Virus record (IMG/VR): IMGVR_UViG_3300023202_000205
Coordinates: 32,001-96,000 of that record
Reading direction: 5' to 3' (one strand)
Source of the DNA: a virus
DNA length: 64,000 nt
Both the position numbers and the translations under genes were made by a program. This document shows positions 17,601-26,804 of this stretch, piece by piece (position 1 is the first letter of the stretch; every line of letters begins with the position of its first letter). The notes under the pieces were generated by a model, which ran no database searches, had not been told where the DNA came from, and was given only the letters and a program-made list of their open reading frames with translations.

Positions 17601-18793
17601 TCGTTGCCTTCCGCTTCCTGCGCTGCCTGCATGAGGGCGACATCCTGAGGATCCGTCGACATGGTATCAACCCCACCATAGGGCCACGCTTCCGCAGCTG
17701 CCGACGCCCCCCACACCCCTAAAGGTGCGGCAAGGCTGCGCCGGAAAAGACGACCTATGTCGGTACTCCCGCCACCACGGAGCGGATTACGCGTACCGTA
17801 CTGCTTAAGAGCACCCGCGAGTTGATGGGGGTCAGCTCCTGTAGCTCGCTCAAGACTGGTGAGCAGCCTCCCAGCGTCAGGACGCTGCCGCATCCTGCCC
17901 GTAGTACGTAGTTTCTGAGCAGCCTCCAACTGCTGTGCCAGTCTTTTTGGAGTAAGCGTCCGTTCAGAGAACGGTCTCATCTGAGTATCTCCAGAACGGG
18001 AACGGCCCCAGTCCTCCCCAGCAACACGGCTGACCAACCTATGCAAATCACTACCGGTAAGCTTAGCCCCGCGAGAAGCGGTTGACTCCAAGGCATCAGC
18101 AAGATTGGCTGCTCGCTGTGCAGTCACAGCAGGGTCTGGGTCCGCGAGAGCGTTCATCAACGCCCCCAAACGACGATCTGCGCGACCCCCCGTACCTGGT
18201 GCTGGTGCCTTTACGGTAGTGCCAAGCCCGCTTCTGGCATCAGTCACTTCTCCTAGCGAGCGAGCCCGTGCTGTCTCGGGCGACCGCTGCATAACCCGCA
18301 GGTCATCGATGACGCCACGCAGATTAGGGTTCTCAGCAGCATAGGGCAGCCACTTATTAAGTGCCTCAGCCGCACGTGGAGAAATTCGATGGAGCGCCTG
18401 CTGCCCAGCCCGACTACCGAGGAAGGTGTGCGCTGCTCCCGCAGCAACACCCGCTCCACCTTCTGCGCTCGCGACATCTTCTGCAAAATCGGCAAGAGGA
18501 GTGGTGCTCAGCTCATCCGACTCTACCGGCCGCTTACCGCCGACATCCATACCGGCGGCACGGGCCTTCCCCATCGCCCAATCCCGGATCTGGGGATAGA
18601 AGTAAGCACCCGTACCAAGCGCGCCAAGGCCGCCTAAGGTACCCAGTACCGCCCACATACGACGCCGCTTTCGACGCTCCTCATCCTCCTTCTGCTCGGG
18701 AGTGAGGTACTGTTCGTCCTCGACATCCTCAGCGAACTTCCGCATCTCATACGAATCTGTGAGGAGCTTGGCTGCGTCATCGGCAAACGTCAC
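17597..18793 (-). CDS. Putative ejected protein with glycine-zipper membrane segments
   Basis: KFAE motif near the N-terminus, then WAVLGTLGGLGALGTGAYFY; further GAGVAAGAA and LAAPLGVWGASAAA segments. Confidence 0.6.
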   Translation of the reverse strand: MTFADDAAKLLTDSYEMRKFAEDVEDEQYLTPEQKEDEERRKRRRMWAVLGTLGGLGALGTGAYFYPQIRDWAMGKARAAGMDVGGKRPVESDELSTTPLADFAEDVASAEGGAGVAAGAAHTFLGSRAGQQALHRISPRAAEALNKWLPYAAENPNLRGVIDDLRVMQRSPETARARSLGEVTDARSGLGTTVKAPAPGTGGRADRRLGALMNALADPDPAVTAQRAANLADALESTASRGAKLTGSDLHRLVSRVAGEDWGRSRSGDTQMRPFSERTLTPKRLAQQLEAAQKLRTTGRMRQRPDAGRLLTSLERATGADPHQLAGALKQYGTRNPLRGGGSTDIGRLFRRSLAAPLGVWGASAAAEAWPYGGVDTMSTDPQDVALMQAAQEAEGNE

Positions 18794-18795
18794 GG

Positions 18796-20181
18796 TTACT
18801 CTTCCTTCGCCTCACGCCCCTTGGAGCGGGCCCGAATTTGGAGGTCCAGAGGAACACTACCCTCCGTCGCGAGATGCTGGCGCACGTAACTGATCATTTC
18901 AGCGCGACCAAAATCCGGATTTACCGACATGGCCGCGTTGTAGGCATCGATGACCTCTGGGGTGCTGTGCCCACTGATGTAGTCGTCCTGCATCAGGTTC
19001 TCGATCGAGCTACGGGCGTCGATGTTCCTCATCTCTTGGCGAAAATCATAGCCTGGTGCCTGAGGGCCACCCTCGCCTTCAGGGGCACCGCCACCAATGG
19101 CGTGCTGGAGCACATCTGGGGTAAGGCCGGTAAACTCCTCAGGAGCCTTTTCGATAGGCTCAGCGAACTCTCCCAGGCTCGCAGACACGTTGGTCTGGAC
19201 GCCAAGAGGACTATTAGAGTAAGGAGAACCGGCTGCTTCTTTTGGGAACAAGGCATTCTCCGCCGCTGACTGCTGCTCTTGCAAAATGCCCCGAGCAGTG
19301 TGAACGTCGGCCGCCTCCTTCCAAAGAGTGTCCGCGCGAACACAATGTTCTGCTAGCTCATACACCTTGGGCAGGGCGTAAATCCTAGACGCTGTCTTCA
19401 CGCTCAAGTCTGCCCGCTGCTCACCGAACTTCTCGATATCGCAGGTAGCGAAGATCATATCAAGCGTCGCCTTCTCAGCACCCATCGCCGCAGCAGTTTT
19501 CTCTACCTCAGCCCACTTGGGGGCATCGAGCCGCCGCATCCCATTAGCTACCTTCTGCATCTCACCCATGCAGTCATCGACTCGCTTGAGGTACCTGAGG
19601 TTCGCTTCTTCAATACCAATGCGGTAATGACTCAGCTTGGCGAACGGGGTTGGATTGACGTATTCAGCTACCTTCTGCTGAGGCTCCGAAAGCCCCCAGC
19701 CCTCGCGCAACTGACCAGCATAATCTGGCTGCTCTTCGCGTAGCCGATAATCTCCCTGCTCTAAGTAGCTATTTGAAGCCGACTTACGAAGATCCTCCTG
19801 GATCTCGTCGGCATCTGGTGCGTCCATCTTCGCCTCGGTATCCTCACCAGGCGTCTCTTGGACCCCATAGCGATACCCGGTGTTCTGGTCTGCATTAGTT
19901 GCAGGCTGCGTATCCCCATGTGGCCGCACCTTCTCCGGGTCGATCAGAGGAAACTCCTTCTCCCGGTCATCTTCAGGGCTGTTTTGAATGTGAGCAAGCT
20001 GCCGCCCGTTATTCACCGCGTGGGCCACGACTTCGACCTCGTGGTCGTTCATGTCGTTGTCCTTGGCGATCTTGGAAAGCGCCGCATTAGGCTCGACTCC
20101 GACATTCATGAGACCAACGGTCTCCTCAGCCGCTTTCATCAGCTGATCCTGCCGAGCACTGCTCATGAGCTGTTCAGTCAT
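18796..20181 (-). CDS. Conserved-looking internal head protein (K-x-A motifs)
   Basis: 461-aa ORF with KAAE, KSAS, KVAE, KVAN, KTAA, KTAS and KEAA. Confidence 0.6.
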   Translation of the reverse strand: MTEQLMSSARQDQLMKAAEETVGLMNVGVEPNAALSKIAKDNDMNDHEVEVVAHAVNNGRQLAHIQNSPEDDREKEFPLIDPEKVRPHGDTQPATNADQNTGYRYGVQETPGEDTEAKMDAPDADEIQEDLRKSASNSYLEQGDYRLREEQPDYAGQLREGWGLSEPQQKVAEYVNPTPFAKLSHYRIGIEEANLRYLKRVDDCMGEMQKVANGMRRLDAPKWAEVEKTAAAMGAEKATLDMIFATCDIEKFGEQRADLSVKTASRIYALPKVYELAEHCVRADTLWKEAADVHTARGILQEQQSAAENALFPKEAAGSPYSNSPLGVQTNVSASLGEFAEPIEKAPEEFTGLTPDVLQHAIGGGAPEGEGGPQAPGYDFRQEMRNIDARSSIENLMQDDYISGHSTPEVIDAYNAAMSVNPDFGRAEMISYVRQHLATEGSVPLDLQIRARSKGREAKEE

Positions 20182-20962
20182 GGGTAATCACCTCGTAACT
20201 GCCTGCTCGCTCTTCGCGGGCCGGTAGGTTCAAGTTACGCTCATCCGTAGGATCAGCAACGGAGATAGAGAGGTCTTCAAAGAAGACATCGATGGCTCGG
20301 TCCATATCGTTGTTACCACTGCTCGCGCCCGAGTCTTTCTGGTCCATCAGGCGGCCCACCCACTCAGGCAGCTCCCGATGGGTGCCGGCCGAGAAGGACA
20401 TCATAGCTACCTGGGTCATCAGAACCTCGTGAACCATGGACTTCATCTGCTGCACCGTCGTTTCCGAGGACAAACCGGCACCCAACATCTCTCGAAAAGC
20501 AACCGGCCCGAGTTTGTAAGCCATCCTCAAAGCCGTCCCACGGGTATCCCCTAGGTGCGTGTTGGTATGTGGGAGGCCCCCGAAAACGGCTGAATTCAAC
20601 CAGATAGGCCTATCAAGCCCAGACCGCACCCAGAAGAAGAGATCATGGTAGAGTTCTACCACTTCTGGGGTGCTATAGATGTCGTACGCGATTGGATCGT
20701 CCTTCTCCCCAGCGATCAGAAACCCCTCCAACTGAAGTCTCATCTCAGGGCGGTTCATAAACAGCTCGTAAGCTGCTTCATGCTTTTTGAACTCACCGGG
20801 CATCAACCCACGGTCAAGCGCCCTTCGAAACTCGAAAGCACGCCTCGTTACCTCATCCTCCTGCTGGAGGCGAGCCAGCGCCGCAGTCGTTGAATACTGA
20901 GACAGCTCGGCCACTCGCGCCCAGCGCCAGTCAGGCCGATCAGGAGCTAGCAGCCGATCCAC
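20174..20962 (-). CDS. Hypothetical protein (head module)
   Basis: 262-aa globular-looking ORF overlapping the next gene by 8 nt. Confidence 0.65.
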   Translation of the reverse strand: MDRLLAPDRPDWRWARVAELSQYSTTAALARLQQEDEVTRRAFEFRRALDRGLMPGEFKKHEAAYELFMNRPEMRLQLEGFLIAGEKDDPIAYDIYSTPEVVELYHDLFFWVRSGLDRPIWLNSAVFGGLPHTNTHLGDTRGTALRMAYKLGPVAFREMLGAGLSSETTVQQMKSMVHEVLMTQVAMMSFSAGTHRELPEWVGRLMDQKDSGASSGNNDMDRAIDVFFEDLSISVADPTDERNLNLPAREERAGSYEVITHD

Positions 20963-20970
20963 TCAGGGCC

Positions 20971-21165
20971 TCAGCTCTTGGGCTGAGCGACGGACAGCTT
21001 CTCGCAGCCGACCTCGTAGAACTGGTTGAACTCATCCTCGCTCAAGCCCAGGTCACGGGCACACTTGGCGAAGCCGAGCTCAAAGGCCTGCTCCCGGTCG
21101 AACCGATCCACTGCGGCCAGCTTACGCTGCTGGTCTTCGCTCAGCTTGATCTGCTTCTTAGACAT
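20971..21165 (-). CDS. Small protein with KLAA and AF.LGF.K.ARDLGL motif
   Basis: Likely start ATG 21165 (MSKKQ). The motif is shared with 35722-36435. Confidence 0.6.
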   Translation of the reverse strand: MSKKQIKLSEDQQRKLAAVDRFDREQAFELGFAKCARDLGLSEDEFNQFYEVGCEKLSVAQPKS

Positions 21166-21236
21166 GCGACTAACCCTCACAAGGTTTCATGTGTAACTGA
21201 ATACGCAGGTTACGTGAAGAACACCCTCAGAGCAAC

Positions 21237-22358
21237 CTACTTGCGCTCCTCGGGGCGTAGATTCTTCAACGCCTTTTGGAGCATGGACTTAGGAGTCGTT
21301 TTCCGCTTCTGAAAGAGCACCTCACCCAGAGCTTGGGCCGTTTTCTCAACACCATGGGCGACGCCGCTAGACGACAGAGGTGGAGTACTATTGGTGCTCG
21401 CCCGGGTGAGTCCTTTACCAACCGCGTTTACCGCCGCTGATTGGTTCTCCGGCTTTTCCTGCTGAACCGGGTAACCCGTGCCGGGGGTGTGCTCTCCTAC
21501 ATTCCGCGTAATCCCCTGCGAGGTATAACCGTCGGAAGAACTGCTGTTCGCGTCCGCCGCCCGTTTCAAAACAGCTACTGTGGTCTTCATAGCTATTCCT
21601 TGTTTGATGTTGCCGGCTGAAGGCAGGTTCGCGCCTACAGCCTGCCCCTGATACCCACCTGCAGCGTGGCCACCACTAGGCTGAAAAGCCATCTGCGGTT
21701 GAGCTGGTTGGGGCTGCTGAGCTGATTGATTTTGACTGAAGGCATCCCTAACAGGCGTAACGACATTCTGGTCAAACCAGCCCGCCGCCTGATTGAGGAA
21801 TCCAGGACCTGTGTCCTTGGTCTGCTGTTCTTGCTGGGCTTGTGTCGGAACAGAGTTCGAAGCTGTATCCTGGGTAGCCCCCTGCTGGGCCTGAGTAGGC
21901 TGCTGAGTTTGAGCATACCAGCCAGGAAAGTTCTGCTTGTAATAGTTGATACGCTCTTGTCTTTTCGCCTCAGCTTGTTGCTGACGCTCCGCACGAGCAG
22001 ACCGCATATTGGCGCTCTGGGAACGAGCTTTGGCCTCGTACTGTGCGAGTTGCTCGGGTGTGGTCGACTCCGTCACCGGCATACCACCGGATGCTTGCCC
22101 CACCACGTAGCGCTTCTCACCTGTCTCCGGGTCAGTAAAGACACCTCTCGGCTCCCGAGCACCGGGTAGCTCTCTCCCCATAAGCCGCTCATCCAGCGAT
22201 TGCTCAGGCTGAGCTTGTTCAAGGTCAGCCTGTGTGAGCCCATACCACTGTCCGGTCTCCGGGTCGGCGTAGCTCATACCACTCGGAGAAGGCTCCACTG
22301 GCTGGCCTCGCTCAGAGCGCAGTCGCGTAGCAGCAAGCTTTCCTAGTCGGGACATCAA
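21237..22358 (-). CDS. Q-rich putative internal/ejected protein
   Basis: Starts MMSRLGKLAA; contains KRAA and KTAQ; Q/P low complexity. Confidence 0.6.
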   Translation of the reverse strand: MMSRLGKLAATRLRSERGQPVEPSPSGMSYADPETGQWYGLTQADLEQAQPEQSLDERLMGRELPGAREPRGVFTDPETGEKRYVVGQASGGMPVTESTTPEQLAQYEAKARSQSANMRSARAERQQQAEAKRQERINYYKQNFPGWYAQTQQPTQAQQGATQDTASNSVPTQAQQEQQTKDTGPGFLNQAAGWFDQNVVTPVRDAFSQNQSAQQPQPAQPQMAFQPSGGHAAGGYQGQAVGANLPSAGNIKQGIAMKTTVAVLKRAADANSSSSDGYTSQGITRNVGEHTPGTGYPVQQEKPENQSAAVNAVGKGLTRASTNSTPPLSSSGVAHGVEKTAQALGEVLFQKRKTTPKSMLQKALKNLRPEERK

Positions 22359-24619
22359 CCAGCCTCATCCATGATGGGGGCAGCCCCCATACCGAAGTGT
22401 TCCGGGTCCCCGGCAAGGCTTCGCTTCTTGGAAAAGACAATGATGTCGCCGAGCTGCTCGAACACCGCCTTGAGGTTATCGACGAACTCAGCGAGATCGT
22501 TCTCCCCATAGCGCTCCTCGAAATCCTCGTAATGCCAATAGATCAGAAATAGCATCCGACCAATGCGGTCCATACCAGAAGTGATCGTAGGCAGGAACTT
22601 GTCGACCAGGTCCGTGGGAGTGTGATTCTTGATCAAGCTACCCAGCGCCGATGCGTCGAACACATCCTTCTGCCCCGTCTCGCCTGCTGTCTCGATAGCA
22701 GAGAACGTATTTGGCTCGCCCTCTGCGTCTCCACCACCGGCCCCAAACGGGGAGTAATATTGATAGAACTCCCTATTCTGAGGGGAACGAGCCTGGTTCA
22801 CCGTCTGAAACGGCACTGCTTGTTGGTGGAAGCTGGTTAAGAAGCCCCCCAAGTCGGTATCCTCGACTTCCGGGAAAGTCAACATCTCAGCAGCTTCTTT
22901 GGTAGTCGGACGATACTTGTACAACGAGATCGTCGGGGACGCTTCCTTGATGACTGTACGCGCGTCTTCCTCACTCAATCCCAGGTCCCGCATCATAAAC
23001 CGAATACCGTCAGCCTCTTTGCGGAAGTTGGCAGAAGTACCAGCAGTCTTGACCGTCACTTCCGTACCAGACCGCCACGCCCGCAGGTCCTCGGCAACCT
23101 TATCGAGTGCTTGGCGGATCGTGTTGTAGTTGCCGAAGTCCGCGCAATCCAAGATAGCGTCGTAGCGAGGCTCCTGATATCGCTCCACCTCATAAGGGCT
23201 TAGATCCCCCGTCTCGTCTACCTCTCGCATACGGAACTGATTGATCTTCAGCGCCCAGAAACGCTTACTGTTCACAATCAGGTAGTCCTTGGTATAGCTC
23301 GGAGCAGCGTCACCGGTCTCAGCCACGATCACCGAGTCGACCCGACAATTCGGGTCTCGCGGACGGCTACCAAAGTTGGGGACACCTGAGGCAGCCCCGC
23401 CGTTACCACCAACCCAGAGGTCCTTAAAGAGGTTATGAGGCGGGTTTCCATTGTTCCCCCGGGCTAGCCCCTCAACAGGGGCGCCTGCAGTCATGCAGTG
23501 TCGGTCATGGATGCGCAGAGTGGTAATGCCATCAACGCCCTTGTTGTTCTCTTTGATGCAGAAGCCAGCAGTAGACTCGCCGCTCTCAGAGATGAAGACC
23601 ACTACATCTTGGGGGCGAACATCGGCCGGATTACCTGCGTTCTCACTGAGCCAGTCGACCAACTCCTGGCGGCTATACTTACGCAGACACCACACCTCCG
23701 TACGGTCGATCTCACAGTATTTGCTGTTCTCTGGGTCGTAAACGAAGACGCAGTTGGTCAGCGTGTTTGATGGCGTAACTACCGCCAAACGAACAGAGCC
23801 GTCCTTCCAGAGGACATCGTACAACCCGCCTTCGGTGGGGTTCTCCAGACATTCTTCGGTCTCAGTGCGGTAGAGACGTGACTTGGAGACTTCCGGTCGG
23901 TTGTCGATGACCACCGTCCCACCTTCCAGGACGTCCTGCTTTTGCTCGTCAGTTAGTTCCTTGGCGCCCTCGTCAGTGACCGAATTGATGATCACCACCG
24001 CCTCTTCCTGGGCTTGCTTCTGTTGAGGAGCCGCGTCGGCCAGGTCGAGGTAATTGTAGCCAAACCTCTCGAAGTGATCGCGCAAACGAGGGTTAGCATC
24101 CAAAGCTTGCTTGAAGTAACCAGCCGCACCAATCTTACTCAGCTCCTCGGTCAGGCTGATGGATTCGACCTCGTCTTCACGATCACCCATCATGGCCTCG
24201 GCCAGCTTGAGATTGACCGAACCGCCACCGCCGGGAATGACCTTCATGCGGGTATAGTTTGGCACGTGGATACCACGCTCGTTACGAGAACGGGTATCAG
24301 GATCCCCAAGTCGGACCTGCCGACGGTCAATGATCGAACTCACCCACCCGTCCGTGAGTGGGACGAACAGATCAGACTTGACCGAGTACAGGCTATCTAG
24401 ACCTCTGATCTCTCCGTTCATGAAGAAAACAGGGGCGTAGTAGTAATCCTCGTCGATCTCGAAACCGAAGATACCAACTGCCCGCTGCCCGTCGTCCTCC
24501 TGCTTGAGCATCTGAAACCCGACCAGATAGTCGAGCAGGCTCTGACTCTTGTCACGCAGGTGAGAGTAGGCCAGATCGGAAAAAGTCTTCTCCAGCGCGG
24601 TTTCATTGGTCTGTGGCAT
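22355..24619 (-). CDS. Large multidomain head-module protein
   Basis: 754-aa ORF with a folded N-domain (GFQML..EDDGQRAVGIFGF...YAPVFF..GEI) and KQAQ, KVAE, KTAG, KEAA between segments. Confidence 0.65.
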   Translation of the reverse strand: MPQTNETALEKTFSDLAYSHLRDKSQSLLDYLVGFQMLKQEDDGQRAVGIFGFEIDEDYYYAPVFFMNGEIRGLDSLYSVKSDLFVPLTDGWVSSIIDRRQVRLGDPDTRSRNERGIHVPNYTRMKVIPGGGGSVNLKLAEAMMGDREDEVESISLTEELSKIGAAGYFKQALDANPRLRDHFERFGYNYLDLADAAPQQKQAQEEAVVIINSVTDEGAKELTDEQKQDVLEGGTVVIDNRPEVSKSRLYRTETEECLENPTEGGLYDVLWKDGSVRLAVVTPSNTLTNCVFVYDPENSKYCEIDRTEVWCLRKYSRQELVDWLSENAGNPADVRPQDVVVFISESGESTAGFCIKENNKGVDGITTLRIHDRHCMTAGAPVEGLARGNNGNPPHNLFKDLWVGGNGGAASGVPNFGSRPRDPNCRVDSVIVAETGDAAPSYTKDYLIVNSKRFWALKINQFRMREVDETGDLSPYEVERYQEPRYDAILDCADFGNYNTIRQALDKVAEDLRAWRSGTEVTVKTAGTSANFRKEADGIRFMMRDLGLSEEDARTVIKEASPTISLYKYRPTTKEAAEMLTFPEVEDTDLGGFLTSFHQQAVPFQTVNQARSPQNREFYQYYSPFGAGGGDAEGEPNTFSAIETAGETGQKDVFDASALGSLIKNHTPTDLVDKFLPTITSGMDRIGRMLFLIYWHYEDFEERYGENDLAEFVDNLKAVFEQLGDIIVFSKKRSLAGDPEHFGMGAAPIMDEAG

Positions 24620-24680
24620 AGTTTCGTTCCATTACCTGAGTTGGAAAAGTCTACCTGGCCTGGGCTCGCGAGACAAGCGA

Positions 24681-26579
24681 TCAGCCTTCTTCGCCGTATT
24701 TACCGAGTTCCCCCAGCTGGGCTCCCAACCGCTCTGGTTGGCTAAAGGCTGGTACGAAGCTCGTGCTCTTGGTGTCTGACTCCGCCCCGCGATGGAGCGA
24801 CTTCTGAAACGCCCTGGCAGTGTAGAAGCCGGCCTGCCGTGTCTTCCAGTCAGGGTCGTTATAAACGCTGAGGACCCCCCGAACCATGTGTGGCTCGAAG
24901 TCAGGTTCATCATCGTGTGCGTACACACTGCGGATGTTGTACTTTTTCAGCTTATCGATGACCTTCGAGTTCACTCGAGTACCAGGTGTGTAGTGGAGTA
25001 CCGGCTCTTCCAGGTACTTGTCTTTAAGCTTGTTAACAGGTAGTTCCTGAGCGTTTCTACGCGGTTTGTACTTCGCCATGAGGCGTCCGTAGGGTACCAC
25101 ATCTCCGTAGATGTTGTCTTCGATACCATCGGGAGACGTTATCTGAGCCCAGTTCAGCAGCCCTGCAACCACCGACTCCACATTCCGACGGTGTGCTTTC
25201 ACACCCGAATTCTCCAGCGCCTCACGAAGATGTTGGGTGTAAATCCGCCTGGCCTCGCCCATACCCCGCAGCCTCACAAGATCGCCAGGGTGGGGTACGC
25301 CATCTGTCAGATCGTCTCCCTGCTCTACCTGGTCCCCTACTTTAACTGATACCTTCAAATCTGGGCCAGCGTAGTACTCCCTGTCCCCAACGGTGACGTA
25401 GTGACCACCTTGGGAAGCTTCCTTGATATCGTTGACCGCCCCCTCCTCTTCAACAAGAGGTCCGGATTCCGGAAAGTTCTGAGGTGCTTGGATCAATCGG
25501 TTGATGTACTCGAAACCACCACGAGTAGCTCTACCGCCTACCCCAGCAGTATGTTTGCTGGAAAGGGCCCCCTGGCTCAGCCGCTCTCCAATCGCCTGAG
25601 CTGCTGGAATACCGATGTTATCTCCCACCAAATGAAGCCCTCGACGAATACGTCGACCAGCGGCCTTGGCGCTAATACCCCCATCCTCGCTGATCTCCGT
25701 CAACGGACTATAGATGAGAATCTCATCACTCCCATCCTGTAGATCCTCAAGAATTTCGTCAGTCAAGATAGTACCGGCCGTATACTCCCCCGTGTCGTAA
25801 GCCAAGACGGCTCCGATGTTATCTTTATCTGACGGGTCCACCGGGAGCCCCGTTGGAAGACGGGACTGAACAGGTTCATCATGGGTGACCACCTGGCGAT
25901 GTGCTGCATTCACCAGTTGCTTGCTGAGATAACCGCTATCCGCCGTAGCGAGCTTGACGTCCAATTGGCCTTTTCGCTGTCCGTAAGAGGCTGCAAAGTA
26001 CTCAGCTGGGGTGAACCCTTCTGCGTAGCTATGGAGCAACGGCAGAGGAATGAAATCATCCTCCTGATCAGTCGCTAACAGATCAGCGCCTCGCAGACTG
26101 GCAAAAGACCCGGGATTCCCACGAGCTCCCGACTCAATTTGAACCGCAAACGGGGACCCCTCTTCCCGCGCCTCAGCCATGAGCGCCTCCTGCATGGGGC
26201 CACTGATTGGAAGCAGGGTCTCAACGATGGCGTTTTTACGCTCCTCATCAGTCAAGCTGTCGTCATCAATGATCGCTCGTACCTTTTTCCGAGCGGGCTC
26301 CAGGATCTCTTCCCGAGCCTTGGAACGGCGTAGCCCAGCGAGGTTCACCGAAAGACCTTCCGTCCAAACAGTCGTCTTACCGACCTCAGACAACTCCTGG
26401 AGGACCTCTTTGTACTGTTCCGGGTACTTATCGGCCAGCTCCATGAACAGCTTGTGAGTGCCCTTCTTATCGAGACGATGCTGCCCCTTACGCAACTCCT
26501 CGGGGAGCGCGTCATTGATCATGATCGTACCGATCGTGGTAATGCCTTTGCCGTCAGCCACTTGTCGACTGCTCCACAT
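24681..26579 (-). CDS. rpoC: RNA polymerase beta' subunit, C-terminal half
   Basis: ESGARG; bridge helix EGFTPAEYFAASYGQRKGQLDVKLATADSGYLSKQLV; trigger loop AAQAIGERLSQGALSSKHTAG; N-terminal TTIG motif. Confidence 0.93.
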   Translation of the reverse strand: MWSSRQVADGKGITTIGTIMINDALPEELRKGQHRLDKKGTHKLFMELADKYPEQYKEVLQELSEVGKTTVWTEGLSVNLAGLRRSKAREEILEPARKKVRAIIDDDSLTDEERKNAIVETLLPISGPMQEALMAEAREEGSPFAVQIESGARGNPGSFASLRGADLLATDQEDDFIPLPLLHSYAEGFTPAEYFAASYGQRKGQLDVKLATADSGYLSKQLVNAAHRQVVTHDEPVQSRLPTGLPVDPSDKDNIGAVLAYDTGEYTAGTILTDEILEDLQDGSDEILIYSPLTEISEDGGISAKAAGRRIRRGLHLVGDNIGIPAAQAIGERLSQGALSSKHTAGVGGRATRGGFEYINRLIQAPQNFPESGPLVEEEGAVNDIKEASQGGHYVTVGDREYYAGPDLKVSVKVGDQVEQGDDLTDGVPHPGDLVRLRGMGEARRIYTQHLREALENSGVKAHRRNVESVVAGLLNWAQITSPDGIEDNIYGDVVPYGRLMAKYKPRRNAQELPVNKLKDKYLEEPVLHYTPGTRVNSKVIDKLKKYNIRSVYAHDDEPDFEPHMVRGVLSVYNDPDWKTRQAGFYTARAFQKSLHRGAESDTKSTSFVPAFSQPERLGAQLGELGKYGEEG

Positions 26580-26769
26580 TGATTCGCTTTACCTTTAGCT
26601 GCTCACAGCTACTGACAAAGTCTCGGTGCTCTAGATCAGAGTGGATGAGAATCCCTGCGTGTTCGTAAGTCAGCGCCACAGGCTCCCCAGTATCCGCAAA
26701 TACGGTCACCTGCGATACCGGCATTCGGTACCGCTTACCGTTCTCGTGGACTACTTCGACGTAGAACAT
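26554..26769 (-). CDS. 71-aa protein overlapping the start of beta'-C
   Basis: SD GGAG, directly downstream of the 24-bp palindrome, overlapping the rpoC-C start. Confidence 0.6.
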   Translation of the reverse strand: MFYVEVVHENGKRYRMPVSQVTVFADTGEPVALTYEHAGILIHSDLEHRDFVSSCEQLKVKRINVEQSTSG

Positions 26770-26780
26770 GCATCAGCTCC

Positions 26781-26804
26781 AATAGTGTTCACGTGAACAC
26801 TATT
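26781..26804. promoter_or_regulatory. Palindromic junction motif (perfect 24 bp)
   Basis: aatagtgttcacgtgaacactatt overlaps the TAG at 26800 and ends 11 nt before ATG 26769. Confidence 0.75.

Noticed and set aside
16335-17648. 437-aa plus-strand ORF
   Set aside because: It is exactly antisense to the prohead protease and has no protein-like features.
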